64,000 nucleotides of DNA from the human T2T-CHM13v2.0 reference genome, Homo sapiens. This document shows, one piece after another, positions 12,613 to 28,612 of the stretch (position 1 is the first letter of the stretch; each line of letters starts with the position of its first letter). Below the pieces are notes generated by a model, which saw nothing but the letters and a program-made list of their open reading frames with translations, was not told where the DNA came from and did no database searches. The position numbers and the translations under genes were made by a program. The DNA lies in assembly GCF_009914755.1 (NCBI RefSeq), contig NC_060935.1; one strand, written 5' to 3'.

Positions 12613-14148
12613 GAACAAGGCGATCTTCAATAAACACACTAGAGCAGCAAGTTCTGTTGGAATCTTTCCTCCCTGGGTTAGAAGAATGACCAAATGAGAT
12701 CCAAATGTAAACAGTTATTTAGGGTACAAGAAATTGTTATCACTTAGTGAGGTTTTCTGGGTTGTGTGTATTTCTGTTTGGGGATAGCAAGTCTATCTTT
12801 AGCCATGCACTGTGCTGTTGATTTGCAAGAGGTCAGGTTACAAGCTTTGTTTATACCTATCGTACCCCTTAGCTGCGGCAGACCCTTCTCCTGTTCCTTC
12901 GTGTGGGGCTTGGGTTGGTTAGTTGGTCCCATCAAGGATTCATTCATATTTGAAATGAAGCACTCTTGTGATTTACTTAGGGTCTGGAGCAGGTACGAGA
13001 GGCACTACTGAGCTGCAGGCCAGCCCCAAAGGGTGGCCTATGCTTTATGAGCTTACATGCAGTCAGAAAGAACAAATTTATACTCGGAGGAGCACTTCAG
13101 CCCTCCCCCGAGGAACTTTGGGAACCCATTAGTTTTCCCACAGGAATCAATCCATCAAGTGGGTATATTAAGTTCACATTAATGATGCATTTGACCCTTG
13201 TAACCTTTCCACAGAAATATCCAAAATACATCACTGTATTTTGAAGCTAACCAACTTTATAAGAGATAAGCTTTTCCCTCCTTTCACAGTGACTCTGAGA
13301 CAACTGGCAATTGGTGTAAAACAGAAGCGTCAGACTTATCAGTTGTGGATGCTTATCAAGAATCGTGATCAGCGGCAATAATCACAAGATTGCACCTTAA
13401 ACTGGTATAGTGTGGATGGCTAGGCTAGGATTCAAAGAGCTCCAGTTTTGCCTAGGGAATTATGAGATCTACATAATTCTCTGAAGGGGAACTTCGGCTT
13501 CAGGAGAAGCAGTGTGCTACTGGGAAAGGAACATGCACGTTGGAGTCCGAATCTCAGCTTACTAGTTGTGAAACCTAGGGATGGTACCTGAATCCAAGAG
13601 TTCTAATTTGTAAAATTTATAAAACAGCTACCTGAAGAATTGTTCTGGGGAATAAGAAATGACATAGTCCCTGCACATGGGTGCTCCACAAATGGTAGCT
13701 GGCCCTCAGCACTGCACTGTGGGAGGTAACCTGGTGAGGGAAAAGATCTTGAACTCTGTGTTCCCAGACCTTCAGGGTTTGACCAGAGGCAGGATCTGTC
13801 GCAGAGGGTACAAAAATGGGGTCAGCTGCCCTTCATGTGCTGAGTAGAGGACTTCAGCTACAGAGCCTCGCAGGACCCAGCTTGTAGCTGGCAGCTCTTT
13901 CTCAGCCCCTGCCTCCAGTCCCGGGGGTCCCAATAATCTCCTGGTTTCACATCTGTAGTTTCCCTACTCATCTCCCAGACTTGTGTCTTGTTGCCTTGCC
14001 ATCTCTAGGTTTTTAAAATTGCAGTCCAAAAGGGAGAGTTGTCTTTTTAACACCACTGGGAAGGCCAAAATACTATCTGTACTGAGTGGGCCTGCATACT
14101 GAGTACATTATTTGAGCAGGCCTGCCAAAGCATATTATTACACCAGAA

Positions 14149-14355
14149 CAGGGGTCAGCAAACTACAGCCCATACATTACATCTGGTCTGTTTCTGTGGT
14201 TTCACTAGAACACAGCTGTATCAACTTATTTACATAATTGTTTATGGCTGCATATATACTACAACAGCAAAGCTGAGTAGTTGCTACAAAGTACAGATGA
14301 CAAAGCCTAAAGTATTTACTATCTGGCCCTTTACAGAGAAAGTTTGCTGACCCTT
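14149..14355 (+). mobile_element. MER58A (hAT-Charlie)
   Basis: TIRs caggggtcagcaaact ... agtttgctgaccct; internal tatttactatctggccctttacag. Confidence 0.85.
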
Positions 14356-14642
14356 AGACTAAAAGTTCTCACTCTGGTTTGCATAAACATGTCCTCCTTC
14401 AAAATATTAGCATCTAATTTAAGTTCATCACCAAGGATACAGATTTAAGCTAAAACTGAAACCATCGAATCCCAAATTTATGCTTTGAAATAACCAAGAG
14501 AAGAAATGACAAGATAAGCTAGTTTGAAGAGCCCATTAGTATTATTATAAGAAACCATATTCCTTTTTATTAGAGCACACCTTAGGCACAAACAATGTGC
14601 TAGTTGTTGGTCAGCATACAGAATTTAAAGATTCAAGAGTCT

Positions 14643-15018
<376 letters not shown>

Positions 15019-15399
15019 TTATTCTTTTTCCATATCACAGAAGCACAGGTCTGGAAATAACCCACGGGATCATTTAGTTTAATATTAATACTTTACTGAC
15101 AGAAAGCCTACAGTTCAGAGAGATCAAGTGATTTTCTTACCAGTGACTGAGTGCCTAGTCACCTGGGCAAGGATGTCAGTCTCCTGTCAATTTTTTTTTT
15201 TTTTTTTAAGTAAAACATCTCATTGGGGGAGCAATAAACATAACTTCTGGGTATATTTTTCTACTGTAAGGAAAATGAGAACAGCTTTTATTTACCAATC
15301 TAACATATCTCCACAAAATTCTCTAAAAAGTCCAACATTGTAACTGAAAAAGGTCTGAATTATTATTGACATGCTGTTGTGTTAAATAGTACTGTTTTC

Positions 15400-15998
15400 A
15401 TATATTATATAGTACTTCCTAATTTGCTTTGATGTCAATACAAACAAGCCTGCTGGGATCATGACAGAGATTGGACTGAATCTACTGATTAATATGGGGA
15501 GAACTGACATATTAACAATACTGAGTCTTCTCCATAACACGATCTCTCTTTCCATATTCTGGGTCTTCTTTAATTTATCCCAGTAATGTTTTGTTGTTTT
15601 ATGTACAGAGATCTAGGATGGCTTTTGTTAAATTGATTCCTAAGTATTTTATTTTTTGATGCCATTGTGAAAGGAATTTTTTAAAAATTTCTTTTTCTTT
15701 TTTTTTTTGAGACACAGTCTCACTCTTTTTGCCCAGGCTGGAGTGCAGTGGCACGATCTCAGCTCGCTGCAGCCTCCGCCTCCCAGATTCAAGTGATTTT
15801 CCTGCCGCAGCCTCCTGAGTAGCTGGGACTACAGGCACGTGCCACCATGCCCAGCTAATTTTTGTATTTTTTTTTTTAGTAGTGTCGGGGTTTCGCCATG
15901 TTGGCCAGGCTGGTCTTGAACTCCTGACCCTCAGGTGGTTTATCTCCCTTGGCCTCCCAAAGTGTTGGGATTACAGGCGTGAGCCACAGCACCCGGCC
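15400..15998 (-). mobile_element. L1M ORF2 fragment followed by AluS (15692-15998)
   Basis: ctgctgggat...gaactgacatattaacaatactgagtcttc...ttgttaaattgattcctaagtattt, then a minus-strand Alu. Confidence 0.8.
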
Positions 15999-16491
15999 AA
16001 GACATCTTTGTTTTTGAGTACCACAACGACAAGTGTAATGCCCCTCAAATCAGGAAATTCAGCAAGATTTATTATTTGATAAACATATTAATCACACATA
16101 GCAAAAAGGTTTTTGAGTTTGGGCAAAACAGAGATAGGGGTTATTTAGGATATTTTAGTTTTCGGGAGATAAAAGTAGCATGGTAGACGTCTCCAAAGGG
16201 CTGTTGTGAAGATCACAGAGAAGGCAGCAACAAGTTATTAGTCACAGATTCAACAGACATTTAATATGTACTTATTGTGTACCAAACACTATGCTATATG
16301 CTTTAAGTGGATTCTTAATCTTCATAATAATCTTGTGAAGAATGTCTTATTTCTATTTTACTGATGCAGAAGTTGAAGCTCAAAAAATTAAATTTACTTA
16401 TCCAAGACCACGTTTAGACTAAAGTCATTAATGTTGTGGGTTCATATTCATGCGATTCTAAGACCCTATGTAATAAACGGGCCTTCTATAC

Positions 16492-16494
<3 letters not shown>

Positions 16495-16520
<26 letters not shown>
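16495..16520. repeat. (TA)n microsatellite
   Basis: About 13 AT units. Confidence 0.9.
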
Positions 16521-16525
<5 letters not shown>

Positions 16526-17195
16526 CACTCTATAAATCATAAAGTGATTTTTATATGATCACCACCATAACCATCAACATCATTTAAAACACAAAAGTCA
16601 GGAAACTTCGATTTTAATTCTAGCCTGGCCAGTCAGCTGCATGATCTTGAACAAATTAGTTGCCCTCTCTTCACCTCTAGACACTCTGTCATTTGAGCAG
16701 TTTGGAACTAAATGCTCTCTAAGGATGCTTTGAGATCTCGTATTCTAGAAGTTTCTCATTCTATGAAATCTATTCCCTTCTGTCTTGGCTGAGTGTTCTT
16801 GCTAATAATGATTCACTAGCCATGAAGAATTTTGTTCACTGACCTCATCCATAAAAGGGCCGAGGAGGTAGCAAATAAAAGCAAACAATAAACAAATGGT
16901 AGATGTGTAAAATAAACTTCAGGTCTTTGGCAGGCTCTATCTCTTCAGCCTAGTTAGTATATCATCTCTTTTGAGCTTTTCTTCATTTTTTTGTTTTTCA
17001 TTGTACTTTATACCATGTTAAAGTACATGTTATATGTTTCAATATACAGAATTTCAGGTATCTCACACTTTGTCACCTATGAGTAAGATGAGAATGTTTT
17101 TAAAGCTTTCTGTTCTCCCCAACAGTGAATTTCTCAAAATGAAAATATCTGGAAATAAGTCAGAATTTTTAAAAAGAATTTTGTGTAACTATTTA

Positions 17196-17561
<366 letters not shown>

Positions 17562-18876
17562 CTACTCTGTGGCTACTAATACGGTGATCTAAAGAGGAAT
17601 AAGACGCGTCCTTACCCTTGTCTCCCATGCATCTCCTCCCCCAATCCCAATCCCAAACTGTGCTCCAGCCTTCCAGCCTCAATAAACTGTCTCCAGCTCT
17701 CTAGGCCTTGGGGCACTTAAAATAGCAGCCCAGGCACAAAAGAAGACAAACTTGAATTTACTGAGAAAATCCCATATTGACCAGGAATACCCGGAGTTGA
17801 TTAAAACTTACATTTCTATCACTGGCCAGATGGGGGCTTGATGTTGAAACCAAATTCAGAATTAAAAAATTAAATATTTTCACACTTGAGGTTAACCCCC
17901 AATTTTTTATCTGGTAGTTATATCTTGGCACGGAGCCAGGCACGGTTCAGTTAAAAGCAGGTAAATCTTGCTGAAAACTGAGAAGCCCAGAACCTCTTAG
18001 AAGCAGACATAGAGGAGGCAGAGAGAATCACTAAGAGGAGTTCCAAGGCTGGTTTGGCAGAGAGAACAAAAACTGGAGAACATAACAAGGCTCAGGAGTC
18101 CACTGAAAGCAGGTCCATGTCTTATGCTCTTCTCTAACCCCTGTCCACTGGCAAAAGCAGGTTCTGAGTGGTAAGGGCACTGAATACGTGAACACAGAAA
18201 CAGAAACTGAGGCATCACTAGAAATGTGGGCAGTAGAATCCAAGAGGAGGAAGAAGCATGTTCTGGGAAAAGAGAAGCAGATTTTTTTCAGTAATGCAGG
18301 CAGAGAGACCACATGCAACCCAGAAGCCTTCCAGTGGGCAGGCGGGCTCCAGCCACTGGTCTGAGGTGTGGTAAGACTCTGGTCTATGAGAAGTGGCTAC
18401 ATAAAAGCAGGACAGGGTCCACTCCTGGGTGGGATCTGACACTACAGGCAGGTTATCAGGGCAAAGACTGAGACACTGGAAAATTAGCCAAGATCCCAGG
18501 GCTAACCATAGCTAGCACACAAGAGCAGGGCTAGGAACAAAAGATCCTACAGCACTGGCTTTATGCTGGGATGCAGGGGGCCTGGACTTAATGGTAGAGT
18601 TCAGAGGCCCCTGGCCATGAGTACAGAAGCAGAAGCTGGCAACCAGTTAGTCCTGACACACGTATCACCTCTAGATCACTATTTCCCAGACTCTTCCATT
18701 TCATGGACAGGTGAAAACACTGCCTCTTTGTTTATACACTTGTGCACTTTTAGAAATGGACACATGGGGCGGCCAATTTTTAATAATGTCAAATATGGAA
18801 AACTACCATTTACTAAGACTGTCACTTCACACACACGAGAACACTAACATACATGCACAAAGAGAATCTCTGAATA

Positions 18877-19204
<328 letters not shown>

Positions 19205-21377
19205 TTAAAATCTGATTACATTTAGTTTTATGAACATGGATTGTATCTTCCTCATGTTTTCATATTTTTATGGACTGATAAAAATTTCTGTAGCGCAGCC
19301 CTGCAGGTCCCTGTTTTGAAACATCTGCTGCGGACCAGTATCCTCACATTGTGTGCCAGCCTTCCCAAGCAACCAGTGGGGAGAAGGAAGGGTGGGCAGT
19401 TGAGTGCAGCTTGTATCACTTGACCCTCTCCTCTGCTATACTCAAAGTGGCTCCCTCTCAATTGTTTCATAAATTATTCTGTTTCATGTGAGATTTGGTT
19501 AAAAAGCAATGCTTTAAAAAAGGTTTGGAAATCACTCCTAGTTTACTGTTGAAGAAACTGAGATAAATCGTAACAAAGCTGAAATTTAAAACCAGAACTC
19601 TGTTTCCCAGCACAGATCCTAGAGAGAGAAGACTGTATCTACTGATTTTGTAGAGTTCTGAATCCTATGTAGCGCTACACATAACCGGATGTTTAATCGT
19701 AATCAAGATCTTCAGAGGTCCAAGGTGACCTTACCACTAAATACAAAGTTCTAATTCTACCTCTAGCCCAATATTAGAGTTAGACTGGGCTTTGGAATCC
19801 AGTCAGGGACCAATTCAACAATCATTTATTATCCTCTTTTAATAGGGATAAGCAGAAGCACTCAACCAAAAAAGTAGGGGGGATCTTATGAGATGTTTGG
19901 GAGCCATTCAAAGCTTCTGGCGCTGTGGAGTTGGGACGAGATGCTCCCAAGTCTAACAGTCTTTGGGTTTTGGCAGGTAACACTAGACTATCTATGCTGG
20001 CTGGCTGGGGTGGTGAGGGGGAGTGTCTGGTATTTAAAAAAAAAAAAAAAAAAGGCAGAAATAAGGATGAAGACTTAGAACGAAGAGAATAGGGTCAGGT
20101 TTCTCCCTGTCTCCTTTTCCTCCTTCAGAGGATTTGGAATTCCCTGAAGTTGGTCAAGGTTGGAGTTTGTTCTAGGACAACACAGAAACATTTGCGAGGA
20201 TTTTATGGAGCTCATGTCTGAACTCACGGCCTGTTCTGTGGATGACTAGAACCAGCTGTAAATGAAAAATGACAAGCAAGAGATGGAGGAGGAAGGCCTG
20301 ATATTTCAGGGTTATTTAAAATAACCTTTTTTTCTTTCTTTTTTTTTTAAAGGAATTAGAATTTCAGATCTGGCTGGAAACTGGTCTGGATATTTATTTT
20401 CCTCATTGTCTCAGTGGAAAAAAAGGGTGGGTGATTCAGACAGCAGCCTCCGCCTCTGGGCTGGAGCCTGGGTCAGTCTCCACTCTGTTCTTTCTTCCTT
20501 GAGAGAGGAGTCTCAGCCTGGGGAGAAGATGCATATTACCGCCCACATTTGCTTTTGGCTTCCAACAAGGGTTCCCCAGAGGAGTTGGTCTGATTTCAGT
20601 TAATAAAACAAAACCCAAAAGGTCAGGGAGGGAATGAGGGAGGAAAAGGCCCTCCCAGGGATGAGAAGACAGAAAGAGTAAGGTCTCTGAGCAAGGCTTC
20701 TCCCTGGCTCTCTGTCTCTCTTTTCATGGTGGGGGAAGGACCAAGGTCATCAGAATGAATCTGAATGGACTACTTGGCTCTACCACAGTTCTCCCTGCTG
20801 TAAGAAATCCAGCTTGAATAAGAGGTCCTGACTTTTAAGGCACCAGTCATTCTCTCTAGAAAGAGCTATTTGAAGACCCCACTAACATTCCTCACTGGAT
20901 GCTGAAGACTTCCCCAAAAGCATTCCTATGGGTATCGTTTGACCCCAGGTGGGACCCAGGACTTAAAATAATTTGAGTGTTGACTTACTCGGGAAACTTA
21001 AGGATTACTAGAAGTTTAAGTATTTACAAAATATTTAAAGGGGACAGTCTCACTAAAATTTTAGTAGAGAAAAGGTGGGGAAGATATAAAGAAGAGTTGG
21101 TCAGAACTTTGGGAATTCTTTATTCCATAAGATTAGACATGTGACTACTGTGAAATTCCTGCCAAGGAGTTCGAGAAGGTAAAAAACTAAAATAGTAGAG
21201 AAGATACAGTGGAGGCTTTGGCCTTATTTCAAAATCTCCAAGAGTTACAAAATGGGGCTCTGGTGAGCTAAATTGCCTGAGCTGTAACTCACAGTAGCTT
21301 GTAGGTTCCTCTAAGAAGGATCATGTTATCTTGCTAGTTTAGCCATCAGAGGTTAATATCGATGTACAGATAGCACT

Positions 21378-21650
21378 GAGCACTTTGGAAGGCCAAGGCG
21401 GGTGGATCACGAGATCAGGAGATCAATATCATCCTGGCCAACATGGTGAAACCCCGTTTCTACTAAAAATACAAAAATTAGCCGGGCATGGTAGTGTGCG
21501 CCTGTAATCCCAGCTACTCAGGAGGCCGAGGCAGGAGAATCGCCTGAACCCGGGAGGTGGAGGGTGGAGGTTGCAGTGAGCTGAGATCGCGCCACTGCAC
21601 TCCAGCCTGGGCAACAGAGCGAGACTCCGTCTTAAAAAAAAAAAAAAAAG
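21378..21650 (+). mobile_element. Alu (AluSc-like), 5'-truncated
   Basis: Starts at agcactttgg and ends in poly(A). Confidence 0.88.
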
Positions 21651-23010
21651 AATAGTCAGTTCTCAGTGATTTATAAACCTCTTGCTCCTCCTCTTCCTTC
21701 TTGCTGTCCGTTTTGTGACTTAGAAGCAGCCATGGTAAACAGCTCTGTGACAATGGGTTGGGAAAAGTGAGGAGTCAGAGGACACAGCCATAGACGGTAG
21801 TCAAAAGCCTTGGATTCTGGGCCCTTCCACTCTGCTTTCTGGCATCATCACTTAGTGCCTTTAAGCCTTAGTTTCCTTGCTTTTGCGATAGGAATGATAT
21901 TATCAGCCCCTACCTATCTCACTTTGTTTCCTCATGCTTAAATGAGACTGCGTAAGTGTTGTATAGACTATAAAGTTCTGTAAAAACACCAAATATTTAA
22001 ATTATATTCTGTTCATCTTGTCCTACAGACATAGAAATCATCACTACTATTGCTACGACCACTACAAGGAAAAAGTGAAGTGAGCAGCTGCTGTTCACAA
22101 TGTGTACCTGTACATTCTCCAAGCTTTACCTGTGCAACCTCCCAACAACGCTGTGAGGAGCATCATCTCCATTTTACAGATGATAAAACCTCCAAGAGGG
22201 AAAGTGATTTATTCAACATCAATAAGGCAAATGAGTAGCAATGTTGAGACTCAAGTGCAGCTAGCTGCCTTTCGGAGTCCCTGTGATAGTGGCTGTGCAG
22301 GCCCTAGAATAGCTACTGAATAAATGGAGGAGGGATGGGATAAAAGGAAAAGAGAAGTCCTCAGCTTTGAGAATTCAAAAGGGGTGATGGCTTTCCTAAC
22401 AGGGGTTGACTCCTGAGCACATGAATAATTCATCAAAGCTCTCTACTGAGAGATGGCTCTTTTTGTGTGTAGTACATCTGGTCAGGGATAGCTGCCCACA
22501 ACTGAGCCACAAATGTGAGGACTTGGATCCGCCTGCCTATAAACACAGCTCAGAGCAGCTCTCTGCTTCCTTATTCTGAGGACTGACAGCTATTTTGATT
22601 CCAAGAGGCAGGTGAGGTTCTTTCATTTGTACACACAAAATAAGCAAAAATAAATCCCACATATATGATATAGCATCTTGATATGTGTTCCTGAAACTGC
22701 TTTTCCTTCTAGAACATCATTCCTGGTTTCCTTTTGGAACGAGTTCTCTCTCAAGAGATTGTTTCCTTCAACCTTATGTTGATTTCAAACTCACTTTCAC
22801 TCCTGGTCTGGTCTTGAACCTGCAGGTTTTATCCTAGACATTTTTGGTTGGAATATGTGAAGACTGGAAGGTGGCAGTAGAAATAAGAATCTGGAGGTGG
22901 CAAGAAGGATGAAAAAACAGACAGTCTCCATCTGCCACAAACCTCTTCTAGCTGAAAGTAAACATGTAAGTTTTTATATGAGTCCTATCACAACTCTTTA
23001 AAAAAAAGGT

Positions 23011-25541
23011 AGTCAGGCACAGTGGTTCATACTTGTAATCCCAGCACTTTGGGAGGCCAAGGCGGGTGGATCACTTGAGCCCAGGAGTTTAAGACAAGCC
23101 TGGGTGATATGGTTTGGCTGTGTCCCCACCCAAATCTCATCTTGAATTCCCACGTGTTGTGGGAGGGATCCAGTGGGAGGTAATTGAATCATGGAGGCAG
23201 GTCTTTCCTGTGCTTTTCTTGTGATAGTGAATAAGTCTCTTGAGATCTGATGGTTTTAAAAAGAGGAGTTCCCCTGCACAAGCTCTCTCTCTTGGCCTGC
23301 TGCCATCCACGTAAGACATGATTTGCTCCTCCTTTCCTTCTGCCATCATTGTGAGGCCTCCCCAGCCACATGGAACTGTAACTCCATTATGTCTCTCTCT
23401 CTTTTATTTTTTGTAAATTGCCCAGTCTTGGGTATGTCTTTATCAGCAGTGTGAAAATGGACTAATACAGAAAATTGGTAGCAGTAGAGTGGGGTGCTGC
23501 TGAAAAGATAACTGAAAATATGGAAGTGACAGGAACTGGGTAACAGGCAGGGGTTGGAACAGTTTGCGGGGCTCAGAAGAAGACAGGAAAATGTGGGAAA
23601 GTTTGGAACTTCCTAGAGACTTGTGAATGGCTTTGACAAAAGTGATAATAGCGACATGGACAATAAAGTCCAGGCTGAGGTGGTCTCAGATGGAGATGAG
23701 GAACTTGTTGGAAACTGGAGCAAAGGTGACTCTTGTTATATTTTAGCAAAGAGGCTGGAAGCATTTTACCCCTGCCCTAGAGATTTGTGGAACTTTGAAC
23801 TTGAGAGAGATGATTCAGGGCATCTGGGGGAAGAAATTTCTAAGAAGCAAAGCATTTAAGAGGTGACTTGGGTGCTGTTAAAGGCATTCAGTTTTATAAG
23901 GGAAGCAGAACAAAAAAGTTTGGAAAATCTGCACCTGACAATGCAATAGAAAAGAAAATCCCATTTTCTGAGGAGAAATTCAAGCTGGCTGCAGAAATTT
24001 GCATAAGTAAGGAGGAGACGAATGTTAATCCCCAAGACAATGGGGAAAATGTCTCCAGGCCATGTCAGAGGTCTTCACAGCAGCGCTTCCCATTACAAGC
24101 CCAGAGGCCTAGGAGGAAAAAATGGTTTTGTGGGCCGGGCCCAGGGTCCCTCTGCTGTATGCAGCCTGGGGACTTGGTGCCCTGTGTCCCAGTCACTCCA
24201 TCCGTGACTAAAAGGGGCCAAGGTACAGCTTGGGCTGTTGCTTCAGAGGGTGGAAGCCCCAAGCCTTGGCAGCTTCCATGTGTTGAGCTTGCAGGTGCAC
24301 AGAAGTCAGGAATTGAGGTTTACAAACCTCCGCCTAGATTGCAGAGGATGTATGGAAGTATGGATGCCCAGGCAGAAGTTTGTTGCAGGTGTGGGGCCCT
24401 CATGGAAAACCTCTGCTAGGGCAGTGCAGAAGGGAAATGTGGGGTCAGAGCCCCCACACAGAGTCCCTTCTGGGGCACCGCCTAGTGGAGCTGTGAGAGA
24501 AGGGCCACCATCCTCCAGACCCCAGAATGGTAGATCCACTGACAGCTTGCACTGTGTGCCTGGAAAAGGTGCAGACATTCAATGCTAGCCCATGAAATCA
24601 GCCAGAAGAGAGGCTATACCCTGCAAAGCTATAGAGGTGGAGTGCCCAAGGCCATGGGAGCCTACCTCTTGCATCAGTGTGACCTGAATGTGAAACAGGG
24701 AGTCAAAGGAGATCATTTTGGAGCTTTAAGATTTGACTGCCCCACTGGATTTTGGACTTGCATGGGGCCTGTAGCCCCTTTGTTTTGGCCAATTTCTCCC
24801 ATTTAGAATGGCTGTATTTACCCAATGCTTGTATCCCCATTGTATCTAGGAAATAACTAACTTGCTTTTGATTTTACAGGCTCATAGGCGGAAGGCCTTG
24901 CCTTGGATGAGACTTTGGACTGTGGACTTTTGAGTTGATGCTGTAATGAGTTAAGACTTTGGGGGACTGTTTGGAAGGCATGATTGGTTTTAAAATGTGA
25001 TGACATGAGATTTGAAAGGGGGCAGGGGCAGAATGACATGGTTTGGCTGTGTCCCCACCCAAATCTCATCTTGGATTCCCACATGTTGTTGGAAGGACCT
25101 GCTGGGAGGTAAGTGAATCATGGGGCAGGTCTTTCCCAGGTTGTTCTCATGATACCTGACGGTTTTAAAAAGAGGAGTTCCCCTGTAAGAGCTCTCTCTC
25201 GGCCTGCTGCCACTGATATAAGACATGACTTGCTCCTCCTTGCTTTCTGCCATGATTATGAGGCCTCCTCAGTCATGTGGAACTGTAGGTCTATTAAACC
25301 TGTTTTTTTTTTTGTTTTGTTTTTGTAAATTGCCCAGTCTCAGGTATGTTTTTATCAGCAGTATGAAAATGGACTAATACACTGGGCAATATAGTGAGAC
25401 CCTGTCTCTACAAAATTTAAAAAATTTAGCTGGGTGTAGTGGTGCACACCTGTAGTCCCAGTTACTTGGAGGCTGAGGTGGGAGGATCACTTGAAACTGG
25501 GAGGCCATGATTGTGCCACTGCACTCCAGCCTGGGCACAGA
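23011..25541 (+). mobile_element. AluJ split by the THE1 insertion (23011-23104 and 25387-25541)
   Basis: ...aagacaagcctggg [THE1] ctgggcaatatagtgagaccctgtctctac resumes the Alu at the interruption point. Confidence 0.9.
23105..25381 (+). mobile_element. Full-length THE1A (MaLR) element: 5' LTR 23105-23469, internal 23470-25033, 3' LTR 25034-25381
   Basis: Both LTRs run TGA(T/C)ATGGTTTGGCTGTGTCCCCACCCAAATCTCATCTTG...GGACTAATACA. Polypurine tract lies before the 3' LTR. 5-bp TSD CTGGG at 23100-23104 and 25382-25386. The ORFs at 23623-24806 are decayed THE1-int sequence. Confidence 0.93.
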
Positions 25542-27131
25542 CAGACAGAGAGACAAATGAGAGAGAAAGACAGACACAAAGGAGGACAGATGAACAGATG
25601 GAAGGAAGGAAAGAAAGGAAAAGAGGGAGTATCTGCTTGAAAGAGGCTCCACATATGATGAAGCCTCTATAGGAGCAAACCAGGGACAGGGACACTGGAT
25701 TGATCAACTCCAGGGGATACCCCTACACAGAAAACAATGTGAATAGTCCTTTGGGAAATGTGCAACTTGAGGTGCTGCCAGTGGGTTCTATGTCTGTCTG
25801 GATGCATCCATGGAGAAGCAGAAGCATGGGGTGAGAACAGAAAGTATTTTATCCCTATTTTATAAAAGGAAGTTGAGACTTTATTAAGTGACCTGCTCAT
25901 GTAATCAGAGTGGTGATTTGAACTAAGACATCCTTGTCCCCAGTGTACAGACTAACCAATAGAGCCTGATGACTGGATTAAAGCCCTTGAAATTACTAAA
26001 TTAGGAATATTCTAGACCAAGGACTTTGGCAATATGGGTTAGTAAGCAGAGAGAACCTCAGCCTGCCATAGGGACCCCTGGGGGTGCTTCCAGTACAATG
26101 CATAGTGTCCAAAGGGGCAAAAATATCCAGGCCTGTTTCTGGCAGATGCTTATATTCCAGGAGAACAGGGACAAAAACACAGCACATTATAATGCAAAGT
26201 CAGGCCTGGGTTAGACTAGAATCCCAACTGTCCCGTGTTCTAGCTGTGTGACCTTGGGTCAAATCGTTGTTGTTTCAAAGGATTACTGTGACTTTTTAGT
26301 GGGAATTTATGTAAAGTCTCAACTTTCACAGAACAGATGCTCAATACATAGCTGCGATTATGTCTTTTTGTGGCCACCAAGGGTTAGGTACTCTTCACCT
26401 AAAGCAGGTGCTGACATGAAGACTCAGGTGACTGGATTGTTCTCAACAGGCTCCAGTAAAAGGAAAGCAGTGTTGCATTAAGGAAGAGTTTCTGGGGCTG
26501 ATAAGAGTTGGGTAGCCCTTCTGAACCCAGCCAAGGATGGGGAGTGGGTAGACGGAGAAGATTTTTAGCCCCGGGGAGTTATAAAAGTGCTAGGCAGGGA
26601 AGAAAAAATACTCAATTTCATCATATGAAAAATGGAAATAAAGGTGATAAAGTGATTAAATGAAATAGGCTACTAAGCAAAAGAAAGTAGTCAAATGTTA
26701 ACTTTCTGTTTCTCCTCAGATCCCAATTCTCAGTTAAAAAAAAAACACTGAATGAATTATTAAGTTTTAATTTTTTACCTGAAGGTTTTACAGATATAAT
26801 CCAGTTTTAAGAGAGCCACTAAATTAAAACATAACCCATCATGTGACTGAATCTTTTAACATACCAGATTCTCCTCTGAGATAGAAGAAAAGCCAATTGT
26901 TTTCAACAGAAGGATCTCACAAATAACCTTAAACCTCTATCACAGATGATATTCTTGCTCTGATAATTAGAACACTAGACATCTAATAAAATAATTCCTT
27001 TAAAAAGGCTTAAGAAAATATATAGATGCATATGTGTATATACATATTTCTGTGTGTGTATATATACACTAAAACACACACAGATATATATCTATATATC
27101 TATATCTATATATATGAATGAATATATTTCC

Positions 27132-27703
<572 letters not shown>

Positions 27704-28091
27704 ATTTAATAAGGCCATTGACAAAACACTCAATTATTTGTCACCCTCTAATACTCTCCTCCTTAGGGAGGCCTAAGCTGGTGGTGTATGTGTCGCTAAT
27801 CTTGGTGATTCCCGTTATAGCATGACTCTGTTACTATCTGGTTGCATGCCTGTCCCCTCCTCTAGGCTATGATGTCTGAGTACTCAGACTCTACTGTTCA
27901 TCTTTGTAGCCTCATTGGTTATGACAGGAACTTGCATAAAATGAATGCCCCATAAGGTTTGCTGAATGAATAATGTGTGAATGAACAAATGAACCTTGCT
28001 ACCAAAGAAAGCAAGCTCAGATAATGTAGTTTCCACATTTTCATTGTACTGAAGTCCTATACAGTAAAAGGATTCAGACAATATCTTTTAA

Positions 28092-28424
<333 letters not shown>

Positions 28425-28612
28425 TGATTAAGAAAGATATCTCCACTGAGTAATTTTTGCCACATCTCAAGAATATATTTTCTTGATGAGAACACCTCTA
28501 ATCCCACAAGAAAATAATTCAATTAAAAGCCATTTGGTTTTTGGTTACATTTTCCCCTCATCATACCTATTTCTTAAAAAGCTGAGGTACTTCTTGGACC
28601 CATTTCTCACAT

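Noticed and set aside
17990-18640. Purine-rich block with several short ORFs
   Set aside because: Likely an ancient LTR or unique intron sequence; no family, splice pattern or protein similarity I can support.
23623-24806. Cluster of long overlapping ORFs (up to 183 aa)
   Set aside because: Decayed THE1-int sequence fragmented by stops and frameshifts; not a host gene.
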